A DNA stretch of 64,000 nt from NCBI GenBank assembly GCA_964536925.1, contig CAZHZF010000010.1, forward strand, positions 904-64,903, read 5' to 3'. Each line of letters starts with the position of its first letter. Position 1 is the first letter of the stretch. A model generated the notes under the pieces. It did no database searches. It saw nothing but the letters and a program-made list of their open reading frames with translations, and was not told the DNA's origin. The stretch comes from an uncultured Dehalococcoidales bacterium. GTDB taxonomy: Bacteria > Chloroflexota > UBA6077 > FW602-bin22. This document shows positions 53,077 through 62,305 of this stretch, piece after piece. A program made the position numbers and the translations under genes.

Positions 53077-53859
53077 TTACACGCGTCCGATATCGTTCAC
53101 CGATCGCTCGAGAATGGCATCGCTCATTTGCAGTATTCGCTGGGCCGCTTCGTACGAACGGGTAGCCGAGAGCATCTCCGCCACGGCCCGGGATGGATCG
53201 ACGTTCGAGTATTCGATCGCGCCCTGCTGGACGATCGTCCCACCATCGGAGAACGCGGGAGTCAGATTGGGGTCGACGGGGATGAAGTTCCCGTTGCCCG
53301 TCTTGCGGAGAGGGGTATCCACCGGGAACTCCCGGATCCACATCTGGCCGACCGGCTGGCCATCCGCGTACACGGAACCATCCGCTGCGACCGTGACCGA
53401 GCCGAATCCGACCACAATCGGCCCATCGTTACCGACGACGAAGTTGCCGTGGGCATCCACGAGCCGCCCGGCGGAGTCTCGCGAGAACTGACCGTCGCGC
53501 GAGTAGAAGGTTGCGCCGTCCGCCGATCTCATCTCGTAATAGCCCGGCCCGATCAACGCCAGGTCGAGTTCGCGACCGGATTCCCGAACATCCCCGTCGG
53601 AGAAGTCGGTGATCACGGGGTCGTTCAAAACCCCTGTTCCCACCTCACCAACCTTCAGCGGAAACGGACGTGTGGGGTAGGCGACGGAGAGGAGACCCTC
53701 GAAGTTCCGGACTTCGGTCACCGAGGGGGCGGAGCGCGCCACGAAGGTATCGCGCTTGTACCCCGGGGTATTGATGTTGGCGAGATTCGCGGCGGTCTGC
53801 TCCTGCCGCTGAAACGCGGCGAGCATCGCCGACGCCGCCGAGTAGATCCCTCGTAGCAT
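53077..53859 (-). CDS. flgF: flagellar basal-body rod protein, FlgF/FlgG family
   Basis: MLRGIYSAASAM...AANLANINTPGYKRD at the N-terminus, SNVDPSRAVAEMLSATRSYEAAQRIL at the C-terminus. Confidence 0.85.
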   Translation of the reverse strand: MLRGIYSAASAMLAAFQRQEQTAANLANINTPGYKRDTFVARSAPSVTEVRNFEGLLSVAYPTRPFPLKVGEVGTGVLNDPVITDFSDGDVRESGRELDLALIGPGYYEMRSADGATFYSRDGQFSRDSAGRLVDAHGNFVVGNDGPIVVGFGSVTVAADGSVYADGQPVGQMWIREFPVDTPLRKTGNGNFIPVDPNLTPAFSDGGTIVQQGAIEYSNVDPSRAVAEMLSATRSYEAAQRILQMSDAILERSVNDIGRV

Positions 53860-53862
53860 CGA

Positions 53863-54531
53863 TCAGCGCCTCCGAGAACCGGTCAAGAGAGCCGCTCCCA
53901 GCATCGCGACCGCGAACACTGCCAGAGCACCGAAGCCCGGGTCGCCCGTGCGCGGGAGCGTGGTGGGAACCTGAGTGCTCACACCAGCCGGTAGAGTGAC
54001 CAGCGGCGCCGCGGCCGTCGGCGTCGCGATCGGAGTGCCCGCGATCGGGGTGCCCTGTGCGAGCGCTGTAGCCTGCGCCGCCGCCTGCGCGCCTACCGGT
54101 TCCTTGCCGGGCCAGTATCCCGCCAGCACGATGCGGCTATCAGCCTCGATATTTGGATCGGGTTCCGGCTCGACCGTGATCACGAAGAGGTTGAACTCGC
54201 GATTCCCGATCGCGACGATGGAGTGCGTGCGCGACGTGCCTTCGGCCGTCACGTTGAACTTCCCAACGCTGACTCGCTCGCCAGTCGCCGAGTTCACCAA
54301 CCACGACTGATACAACTCGTTCGTCAGGCGAGGGAGACCGTCGGTCACGACCACCACGTCGCCCTCGACCGCGGTGATCTCGGCGAATCCGCTGGCGGGA
54401 TTCGTGCCGAACGTGACGACTCCGGCGAGCTTGCTGAGCTGAATCCGGATCGGAGCCCCATTCGCATACGCAATTCCTAGCGATGCGGCTGTGAGCACGC
54501 ATACGACAAATGCACGAATCAGCATCATCAA
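53863..54531 (-). CDS. secreted, sortase-anchored (LPRTG) protein with RskA-like ectodomain
   Basis: Signal peptide ...SLGIAYA/NG. Domain with LYQSWLV...VGKFNV...ITVEPEP. P/A/T linker. LPRTG (53944-53958) + hydrophobic segment + SRRR. Confidence 0.7.
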   Translation of the reverse strand: MMMLIRAFVVCVLTAASLGIAYANGAPIRIQLSKLAGVVTFGTNPASGFAEITAVEGDVVVVTDGLPRLTNELYQSWLVNSATGERVSVGKFNVTAEGTSRTHSIVAIGNREFNLFVITVEPEPDPNIEADSRIVLAGYWPGKEPVGAQAAAQATALAQGTPIAGTPIATPTAAAPLVTLPAGVSTQVPTTLPRTGDPGFGALAVFAVAMLGAALLTGSRRR

Positions 54532-55253
54532 CGGGGATCGCCACTCATCCGCATGATCAGTTCTACCTCCTCTCGCCCGAGCTGCGATTCACGAGCGATC
54601 TCAGCGACGCTCAGGCCCTGGTCAGCCAGACGTCGCACGACCTGGAACTTCGCGGTATCCGCGGGGTCGATCTCCACGAACCCGGTCGCGGTCTCAGCGG
54701 GCCGAGCAACCGTTCGATAGGCGGACGCGGCGGTCGCTGTTGTCGCGGTGACTCTCGGCAACTGGACCTCAGGCACCACGGGCGCTGCAGACGTCGTGGC
54801 AATGGGCTCCGGCGGCGGTCGGGGCGCACGAACCGGCGCGGGCGACTCGGGCCGGGCGGCGCGGGTCGGCACCGGAGATCGACGCGGCTCCGCGGGCTCC
54901 GTCGAATCGACCGAAGCGACGCCTCGCGGGCGACTGCCCGCGGCGCGACCATCGCGGCGCACCGGCACCGCAGCACGGCTGGCCGCCGCGTCAAGCCGTC
55001 GCAGCAGGTCGTTAGCCTCGTCCACCAGTTTCTGGAGCGTCGCGGCACGCGCCGCCATGTCGCCGTTGATCTGAGTCGCCGTCTCACGCAGTTCGGCGAT
55101 GAGGTCGTTGACTCCCGAACGGAGCCCGGCCGGTTCACCACGCGCGAGCGACGTCCGATCGGTGCGCAATTGCTGATACATCCGATGCATCAACAGAAGC
55201 AGCGCGAGGAAACAGACAAGCTGGAAGAAGAAGATGAGCGCCGTGGCGCTCAT
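54528..55253 (-). CDS. hypothetical membrane protein: N-terminal TM, coiled coil, C-terminal HTH-like motif
   Basis: ATG 55253 overlaps the fliA stop (ATGA). TM ALIFFFQLVCFLALLLLM. C-terminal GLSVAEIARESQLGREEVELIMRM. Confidence 0.55.
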   Translation of the reverse strand: MSATALIFFFQLVCFLALLLLMHRMYQQLRTDRTSLARGEPAGLRSGVNDLIAELRETATQINGDMAARAATLQKLVDEANDLLRRLDAAASRAAVPVRRDGRAAGSRPRGVASVDSTEPAEPRRSPVPTRAARPESPAPVRAPRPPPEPIATTSAAPVVPEVQLPRVTATTATAASAYRTVARPAETATGFVEIDPADTAKFQVVRRLADQGLSVAEIARESQLGREEVELIMRMSGDPR

Positions 55254-56032
55254 GCCGCCTCCCCGAGCCGCATGCTGGCCCGAAGCCGCAGCACCGCCTG
55301 TGCGTGCAGTTGACACACTCGCGACTCGGAGATCTCCATCACGCGACTGATCTCCTTCATGGTCAGCTCTTCGTAGTAATAGAGCGAGAGCACGAGCCGC
55401 TCTCGCTCCGGCAGCCGCTTCACAGCCTCCACGAGCAGGCGCTCGGCCTCTCGGCGCAGCGCCGTGTTCTGAGGGTCGGGGCTGTCCTTGTCCTCGAAGA
55501 CGAAAGCGCGCGGCCCGCCCTCCTCGTCATCGCTCAGGAGCAGCGAGTCGAGCGAGACCGTGGTCGTCCCGGATCGCACGATGACATCGCGGTACCGCTC
55601 GAGGTCCATCCCGAGGTGGCGCGCGACCTCCTCCTCGGTCGGCGGTCGACGCATCTTGCTCTCGAGCTCCACGATCGCGGCCTCGATCTCGCGCGCGCGT
55701 TGGCGCGTCGTCCGCGGAATCTGATCGAGCGATCGCAGCGCGTCGATGATGGCGCCCCGAATGCGCGAGATCGCGTACGTCTCGAACTTGATGCCACGCT
55801 CGGGATCGAAACGCTCGACCGCGTCAATCAATCCTATCGTGCCATAGCTCAGGACATCGTCCGAGTCGACGACCGAGGGCAGGTTCAGCGCGATGCGGCC
55901 GACGACGTATTTGACGAGCGGCGCATACTGGAGGATCAGGCGCTCGCGCGTCGCACCGTCCCGCCGGGCGGTGTAGTCGTTCCAGAGTGCCTCATTGGCC
56001 TGAAGATCGAAGGTGCCGGCCGGAGTCGCCAA
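55250..56032 (-). CDS. fliA: flagellar sigma factor FliA (sigma-28/SigD)
   Basis: Region 2 (YAPLVKYVVGRI...FETYAISRIRGAIIDALR) and region 4 HTH (LTMKEISRVMEISESRVCQLH). Confidence 0.93.
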   Translation of the reverse strand: MATPAGTFDLQANEALWNDYTARRDGATRERLILQYAPLVKYVVGRIALNLPSVVDSDDVLSYGTIGLIDAVERFDPERGIKFETYAISRIRGAIIDALRSLDQIPRTTRQRAREIEAAIVELESKMRRPPTEEEVARHLGMDLERYRDVIVRSGTTTVSLDSLLLSDDEEGGPRAFVFEDKDSPDPQNTALRREAERLLVEAVKRLPERERLVLSLYYYEELTMKEISRVMEISESRVCQLHAQAVLRLRASMRLGEAA

Positions 56033-56035
56033 CCC

Positions 56036-56296
56036 TTACCTCGGCTCTCGTTCGCCGATCGTTATGTCGAGGTGCGAAGTAGATCCCGATGGGGTGGTGA
56101 GGAGCCAGCGGGCCACCGCGGCGGCGCCGACCAGAATCGGCGCGAGGACGAGCCAACCCACGAGCGCACGGCCGGCCGCGCCCTCGACCGACACGCCGGA
56201 CGCCACGGCCACGATGAAGAGACTTCCCGCCGCGACGAGAGAGCCGGCCAGGGCGAGAATGCGAAGCGAATCCAACGGGCCGACTTTCGAGGCCAC
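56036..56296 (-). CDS. hypothetical small two-TM membrane protein (86 aa)
   Basis: ORF track. Two hydrophobic helices. Lies 3 nt upstream of fliA. Confidence 0.4.
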   Translation of the reverse strand: MASKVGPLDSLRILALAGSLVAAGSLFIVAVASGVSVEGAAGRALVGWLVLAPILVGAAAVARWLLTTPSGSTSHLDITIGEREPR

Positions 56297-56301
56297 GGGC
56301 G

Positions 56302-56973
56302 CTACAACAGGGCCTTGGCTCGGAGCTCCCGCTCGCGCTGGAACACGAACTTGATCAGGCGGTCCTGCTCGCGCTCCGGGAGCTCGACGAACTGGCAGTG
56401 GCTGCGGAAGGTGCGAACGCCCAGGTCCGAAACCCGCTCGTAGTTGCGAAGGATTTGGATGCTCGCCATCAGACTGCCGGCCTGCCGCGAGAGTGTGAAC
56501 CGGGTGAGAACGGTCGATTTCTCCGGAAGCCCCTCACGGCTCATCGCCAGAAGACCGCCGGCCGAGATATCCAGAATCGAACCGGTCTGTGTCGGGCCGA
56601 ACTTCCCGTCCTCCCCCTCGACCCAGAACTGGGCGTCGGAGATCGTGACGTTGACGCGCACGTGCCGCCGCAGCGTCTGGCCCGAATTGTCCGCCGGACG
56701 GCGGACCACTGTCATCTGCTGGCCGTCGCTCCATTCTGGCCCAACGACGCTCGACTCATAGAAGTACGGGCTGTTGCGCCGGACAATCTGGAGCATCACG
56801 CGCCGGCCCTGCGGCAACTGGATGTACTCGCGCTGACGCAACGGCGTCGCGATGACGAGCGTGTCGGCCCGCACCTCTTCGATGCGGGTGGGGTAACTCT
56901 CTGCTTGACCGTTCAGTTCGAGCGTGACCGCATTGCCTGCCTCGAAGACCTGGGAGCGCTGCGTCGCCATCAT
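56302..56973 (-). CDS. PilZ-domain protein (YcgR/MotI-like candidate flagellar brake)
   Basis: PilZ motifs RRHVR and DISAGG. 4-nt overlap with the flhG stop. Confidence 0.85.
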   Translation of the reverse strand: MMATQRSQVFEAGNAVTLELNGQAESYPTRIEEVRADTLVIATPLRQREYIQLPQGRRVMLQIVRRNSPYFYESSVVGPEWSDGQQMTVVRRPADNSGQTLRRHVRVNVTISDAQFWVEGEDGKFGPTQTGSILDISAGGLLAMSREGLPEKSTVLTRFTLSRQAGSLMASIQILRNYERVSDLGVRTFRSHCQFVELPEREQDRLIKFVFQRERELRAKALL

Positions 56974-57878
56974 GGAGTCTCCCGGCCCGCGCCGGCAACG
57001 GGTGCTCGTCTCGCCACGCGGTTCAAGATCTGAATGATACCTGATCTTGTTCCGTCAACCTGAGTGCGCGACCCCAGCAACTCGCGTGCCAGCCGGGCGA
57101 TCGCCAGCGAGGCGGGCGAGGAAGGGTACCGCACGACGAGTGGATTTTGCTGCCGTATGGCGCGCCCGACGTACGAATCAGAGGGGATTGACCCCAGGAG
57201 CGTCAGTTCGACGTCGAGAAACTCGCGTGCCACGGCGATGATCTTGCGGGCAACCTCGCGGGCCTCGCCTACGTCATGCGCCTGATTTACCACCAGGTGG
57301 AGTCGCGGGGCCGTGGCTGCCTGGCGTGTCGCGACCTTGATGAGCGCATAGGCATCGGTGATTGCCGTGGGTTCCGGAGTCGTCACGACGATCACCTCCG
57401 GGGCGGTGGCGACGAAACTCGACACCTCGGCGCCGATACCCGCCGCCGTGTCGATCAGGACGATCTCGGCTTGCGACTCGAGCTGAGCGAGCGACTCCGT
57501 CAGATGCCGCCGCTGCTCGGGACCAAGGTTCGCCATCTCTTCGATCCCGGACGCACCCGGCAGGATGAGAATCCCCTCTGGCCCCGCCTGAAGTACATCC
57601 ACCAGATCGCACGTACCGGCGATGACATGTTCCAACGTCCACCGCGGCACGATCCCGAGCGCGACATCGACGTTCGCCAGGCCCAGGTCGGCGTCGAGGA
57701 TGATGACCCGTGCGCCCTCGCGCACCAGACAGATGCCCAGATTGATGGAGAGGCTGGTCTTGCCGACGCCACCCTTCCCGCTCGCGATGGCGATGACGCG
57801 CGACGCCCCGGATCTGCCGGCGCGGCGCGGCCCGCGCATCATCTCGCGAAGGGCCGCCGCCTGATCGATCGTGGTCAT
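56970..57878 (-). CDS. flhG: flagellar number regulator FlhG (MinD/ParA-type ATPase)
   Basis: Deviant Walker A SGKGGVGKTS, followed by DADLGLANVDV. Confidence 0.92.
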   Translation of the reverse strand: MTTIDQAAALREMMRGPRRAGRSGASRVIAIASGKGGVGKTSLSINLGICLVREGARVIILDADLGLANVDVALGIVPRWTLEHVIAGTCDLVDVLQAGPEGILILPGASGIEEMANLGPEQRRHLTESLAQLESQAEIVLIDTAAGIGAEVSSFVATAPEVIVVTTPEPTAITDAYALIKVATRQAATAPRLHLVVNQAHDVGEAREVARKIIAVAREFLDVELTLLGSIPSDSYVGRAIRQQNPLVVRYPSSPASLAIARLARELLGSRTQVDGTRSGIIQILNRVARRAPVAGAGRETP

Positions 57879-59131
57879 GAGGCCAGCGCGACCGCCGGCC
57901 GAGATTCCGACCCGTAGAGGGCGTTGAGAATGAGGTCGCAGAGACCGGCGGTGGTGGCCCTTTCGATGTCGGCGGGAACATTCTGGCCCGTGGTGAGGTA
58001 GGTGATCGGTCTCCCGGTCTGGCGCGAGAGATTGAAGATCGGCCCGAAGGTCGACGTCTCATCGACCTTCGTGATGAGCAGTGCGTCGTACGGAATCGCC
58101 CCGAACCGCGTGACGACGTCCAGCATGTCGCGATAGCGCGAGCCGGCGGCGATGGTGAGGAAAGTTCGCCGGGAAGGGACGGACAGGACGAACCTCCGCA
58201 GTTCCGCCAGTTGCCCCGCGTTCCGCTGACTGCGTCCGGGCGTGTCCACGATGATGAAGTCACGATCGAGGAAGTCCACCACGCGCTGGGTGAGTTCATC
58301 CGGCGTATACGCGACCTCGAGCGGAACGCGGAGGATGTCCGCATAGGTCTTCAACTGCGGGATCGCCGCTATGCGAAACGTGTCGCAGGTGATGAGAGCC
58401 ACGCGTGCTCGATCGACACCGAGATTCGCGGCAAGCTTGGCGATTGTCGTCGTCTTGCCCACGCCGGTCGGACCGATCAGGAAAAGCACCGTGGGCTCGC
58501 TCGGGTGAGGGAGCAGAGGCTCGGCCGCCCGCAGATGATGGCGGATATGTTTCGCCAGGCACTCCCGAACGATGGACGGATCCTCGGCCGCCTGCAGCGA
58601 CAGCTCGCCGTCGATGGCCGTCACGAGGTCGCGCGCGAGTGGCCCATCGATCTCCTGATCGATGAGGCGCTCGTAGAGATCGACCAGCGGGGGCGAGAGC
58701 TTCGAGACCCCCGGCCAATCGGAAGTCTGCATCAGGCGGCCGAGGGCGCGACGCAACTCGCGCACGTGCGTCTGCATCTCATGCATGGCGCCGTTGTCCG
58801 GGCTCTCCGCCGCGACCCGTGCCGGGGCTGGTGCCAGAGGGCGCGCGGGAGCCGCGGCGACGTTCCCCGTGCGTGGGCGAGCGGCGGGCGCCACTGTCGG
58901 GACGGAAACACGCGGCGATGCAGTGCGTGAGGTGCCCGCTGCGCGCGCCGTCGGCCGTGTCCCGCCATCGTCGACCGCGGCCACGACCTCCACCATCGGA
59001 CGGCTCAGAAGACCGAGCGGTCCTCGCTTCACTTCAGAGGAATGCAGAATCACCGCGTTCGGACCGAGTTCGGCGCGGATTACCGCCAGGGCGTCCGCCA
59101 TCGACGGCGCCTGGTACTTCTTCATACGCAC
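57875..59131 (-). CDS. flhF: flagellar biosynthesis GTPase FlhF (SRP-type)
   Basis: N-terminal MKKYQAPSMADALAVIRAELG, G1 GPTGVGKTTT, DTPGRS, TKVDE. Confidence 0.92.
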   Translation of the reverse strand: MRMKKYQAPSMADALAVIRAELGPNAVILHSSEVKRGPLGLLSRPMVEVVAAVDDGGTRPTARAAGTSRTASPRVSVPTVAPAARPRTGNVAAAPARPLAPAPARVAAESPDNGAMHEMQTHVRELRRALGRLMQTSDWPGVSKLSPPLVDLYERLIDQEIDGPLARDLVTAIDGELSLQAAEDPSIVRECLAKHIRHHLRAAEPLLPHPSEPTVLFLIGPTGVGKTTTIAKLAANLGVDRARVALITCDTFRIAAIPQLKTYADILRVPLEVAYTPDELTQRVVDFLDRDFIIVDTPGRSQRNAGQLAELRRFVLSVPSRRTFLTIAAGSRYRDMLDVVTRFGAIPYDALLITKVDETSTFGPIFNLSRQTGRPITYLTTGQNVPADIERATTAGLCDLILNALYGSESRPAVALAS

Positions 59132-59148
59132 CGGGGGCTAGCTCCCAT

Positions 59149-61224
59149 CTACTCCTCGAGCGTGACGAGGCCCGCTGAGGTGACACTCGTCTGCGGAACG
59201 ATCTCCCCGAAGGAGAGCACCACCAGATTCGGCAGCGATCGCTCGGTAAGACGTTTGATTGGCGCCCGCAACCGTGAGGAACAGATAAGAATCGGCTGCA
59301 GCCCCTGCTGAGCGAGCCGTTCCATCTCGCGCCCAATACGCCCGATGAAACCCTGGGCCATCGTCGCGTCCAGCGCGAGCATGCTGCCCTGATCGGTCTG
59401 CTGGAGCGCCGTGGCGAGCCGCTGTTCCGCCTGGGGCGCCAACATCAGCGCTGTCAGCGTGTTGGTGGTCTCATCGCGATACGCACCGGTAATCGTGCGG
59501 GCGAGAGCCCGCCGCGTGTACTCGGTCAACTGGTCGATATCCTTGGAGACGCGCGCCTGATCGGCAAGTGCTTCGAGGATGGTCACAAGGTCGCGCACCG
59601 TCACACGCTCGCGCAGCAGGTTCGCGAGCACCCGCTGGATCTCGCCATAGGTCAGCAGATTCGGTACCAGCTCATCGACCAGAGCCGGGTAGTCTCGGCG
59701 CATGTTGTTGACCAGAGCCTGCACATCCTGACGGGTAAGGATCGAAGGCGCGTGGGTCTTGATGATCTCCGTCAGGTGAGTCGTCAGGACAGAGGATGGA
59801 TCGACGACCGTGTACCCGAGAACCTCCGCGGTCTCCCTCTGCGCCGAGGTGATCCACAGCGCGGGCAGACCGAACGCGGGCTCAGTGGTGGGTATCCCCT
59901 CGAGGCCCTCTTCGGCGGTCCCCGGATTCATGGCCAGAAAGTGATTGGTCATCAGGTCGCCGCGCGCGACCTCGACCCCCCGGAGTTTGACGACGTACTG
60001 GTTCGGCCGTAGTTGCAGGTTGTCCCGCACGCGGATCGTGGGAAGCACGATGCCCAGATCGAGCGCGAGCTGACGGCGAATGAGCGTGATGCGACTGAGC
60101 AGGTTCCCTCCCTGCTCCTGATCGACCAGCGGGATCAGGCCGTAGCCGATCTCCAACTCCATCGGATCCAGCTGCAGGAGATCGATGACATTCTCCGGCG
60201 CGGCAGGCGCCTGCGGTACGGCGGCGAGCTGCTGTGCGTACGCTGCCGTCTGACGCCGCCACAGGGTCGCCGCCATCACCAGACCCGAGCCACCCACGAT
60301 CACGAACGGCAGGATCGGCAGACCGGGCACCGCCGCGAGCGCCACGATGACGCCGGACGCAATGCCGATCGCGCGTGGATTGGCCGCGATCTGAGAGACG
60401 ACGTCCCGGCCGAGGCTCGCTTCCGAGGCCGACCGGGTCACGATGATGCCCGTGGCAGTGGAGATCAGCAGGGCCGGAATCTGTGTGACGAGACCGTCAC
60501 CCACGGTGAGCAGGGTATAGGTCTGGAGCGCCTCGACGAGGTCGATCCCTCGCTGGAACACGCCGATCGCGAAGCCGCCGATGATGTTGACGAGGACGAT
60601 CACGACGGCCGCGATCGCATCTCCGCGGACGAACTTCGAGGCGCCGTCCATCGCGCCGTAGAAGTCGGCCTCCTGCTCCACCTGGCGGCGGCGCTGCCGT
60701 GCCTGCGCCTCGTTGATGAGTCCCGCGTTCAGGTCGGCGTCGATCGCCAGTTGCTTGCCAGGAAGGGCATCGAGGGTGAACCGCGCCGCAACTTCGGCGA
60801 CCCGGCCCGCGCCGCTGGTGATCACCGCGAACTGGATGATCATGAGGATGATGAAGACCACGACGCCCACGACGTAGTTGCCGCCGACGACGAAGGCGCC
60901 GAACGCCTCGATGACGGCGCCTGCTTCGCCATTCAGAAGGATCAGCCGGGTCGCCGCGACGTTGAGTCCCAGGCGGAACAGGGTCATCACCAGGAGCAAC
61001 GCCGGGAATACCGCGAACTGGAGCGGTTCCGTGACGTACATCGCGACGAGCAGGATGGTGAGTGCCGCCGCGATGTTGACCGCGAGCAGGAGGTCGAGAG
61101 CCGGCGTCGGCAACGGGATGACCATCAGCCCGATCACAAGCACCGCGACCAGTGCCATGATCGCGTCGCTCAACTGGAACGGACGGCCCTGAGCCTCCGC
61201 GGTGCCGGGGATATTCGTCGCCAT
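59149..61224 (-). CDS. flhA: flagellar type III export gate protein FlhA
   Basis: 691 aa. N-terminal TM domain with FPALLLVMTLFRL and LINEAQARQRR, plus the typical cytoplasmic domain. Confidence 0.97.
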   Translation of the reverse strand: MATNIPGTAEAQGRPFQLSDAIMALVAVLVIGLMVIPLPTPALDLLLAVNIAAALTILLVAMYVTEPLQFAVFPALLLVMTLFRLGLNVAATRLILLNGEAGAVIEAFGAFVVGGNYVVGVVVFIILMIIQFAVITSGAGRVAEVAARFTLDALPGKQLAIDADLNAGLINEAQARQRRRQVEQEADFYGAMDGASKFVRGDAIAAVVIVLVNIIGGFAIGVFQRGIDLVEALQTYTLLTVGDGLVTQIPALLISTATGIIVTRSASEASLGRDVVSQIAANPRAIGIASGVIVALAAVPGLPILPFVIVGGSGLVMAATLWRRQTAAYAQQLAAVPQAPAAPENVIDLLQLDPMELEIGYGLIPLVDQEQGGNLLSRITLIRRQLALDLGIVLPTIRVRDNLQLRPNQYVVKLRGVEVARGDLMTNHFLAMNPGTAEEGLEGIPTTEPAFGLPALWITSAQRETAEVLGYTVVDPSSVLTTHLTEIIKTHAPSILTRQDVQALVNNMRRDYPALVDELVPNLLTYGEIQRVLANLLRERVTVRDLVTILEALADQARVSKDIDQLTEYTRRALARTITGAYRDETTNTLTALMLAPQAEQRLATALQQTDQGSMLALDATMAQGFIGRIGREMERLAQQGLQPILICSSRLRAPIKRLTERSLPNLVVLSFGEIVPQTSVTSAGLVTLEE

Positions 61225-61228
61225 TCAG

Positions 61229-62302
61229 TCAGGCTCCTACTGGCTGCGCCACGCGGGCGCGAAGACGGAAGACGAAGGCGAGTAATTCCGCGACCGCCGC
61301 ATACATGTCCGCCGGGATCTCATCGCCGATCTCCGTAGAGCGCAGCAGAGCGCGGGCGAGCGGCGGATTCTCCATCGTTGGCACCCCGTGCTCGCGCGCG
61401 ATCTCCTTGATGCGCTGCGCGATCAATCCTTCGCCCTTGGCGATGACGCGCGGGGCTTTCATCGAGTCCCCGCGGTATTCGAGCGCGACCGCGACGTGGG
61501 TCGGGTTGGTGATCACCACGTCGGCCCGCGGCACGGCCTGCATCATGCGGCGCTGCGCGACCGCCCGCTGGAGTTGGCGCACACGCTGCCGGATCACCGG
61601 GTTCCCTTCGGTCTGCTTGAGTTCCTCGCGAACCTCATCGCGGCTCATCCGAATCTGCCGCTCGAACGAGAAGCGCTGATAGCCGTAGTCCGCCACCGCG
61701 AGGATGAAGAGGACGACCGCCGACCACGTAGCGAGATCGAAAACAATGTTGGTCGCCAGGGCGACGCCGCTCAGAAACGGCACGAGCGGCATGAGCGCGA
61801 TATCGTCGATGCGATCCGCCAGCACGCGGTACACGACGAATCCCACCACGGCAAGCTTGGCGATCGACTTCAGTAGTTCGACCAGCGATCGGGGTGAGAA
61901 CAACCGCTGAAAGCCCTGCGCGGGGTTGATGCGAGAGAAGTCCGGCTGCAGGGGCTGGGCCGTGAAGGAGATCCCCACCTGCGCCAGGCTCGCGCTCGTG
62001 CCCGCGATGACCATCACCGCGAAGACCGGCCCGAGGATCGGGAGCGCGATCATGAAGCCCTCCGTCCCCGCGTTCCAGATCGTCTGAGGGGTGAGGTCGG
62101 GGCGATCGAGGGAACCGAGTGCCTGCCTGAGCGCGGCCAGAGATTGCGTGACGAAGGCGTCGCCCCACCAGCGAAGGAACAGGACGCCCACGAGCAGGGC
62201 CACCGCCGCGTTGACGTCGGCGCTTCGGGCAGTCTGGCCGCGCCGTCGTACTTCTTCGCGTCGACGTGGTGTCGCGGATTCTGTGCGCTCCTGTGACGGC
62301 AT
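61229..62302 (-). CDS. flhB: flagellar export switch protein FlhB
   Basis: ERTESATPRRREE N-terminus and NPTH autocleavage site (VITNPTHVAVAL). Confidence 0.96.
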   Translation of the reverse strand: MPSQERTESATPRRREEVRRRGQTARSADVNAAVALLVGVLFLRWWGDAFVTQSLAALRQALGSLDRPDLTPQTIWNAGTEGFMIALPILGPVFAVMVIAGTSASLAQVGISFTAQPLQPDFSRINPAQGFQRLFSPRSLVELLKSIAKLAVVGFVVYRVLADRIDDIALMPLVPFLSGVALATNIVFDLATWSAVVLFILAVADYGYQRFSFERQIRMSRDEVREELKQTEGNPVIRQRVRQLQRAVAQRRMMQAVPRADVVITNPTHVAVALEYRGDSMKAPRVIAKGEGLIAQRIKEIAREHGVPTMENPPLARALLRSTEIGDEIPADMYAAVAELLAFVFRLRARVAQPVGA

Positions 62303-62305
62303 CGA

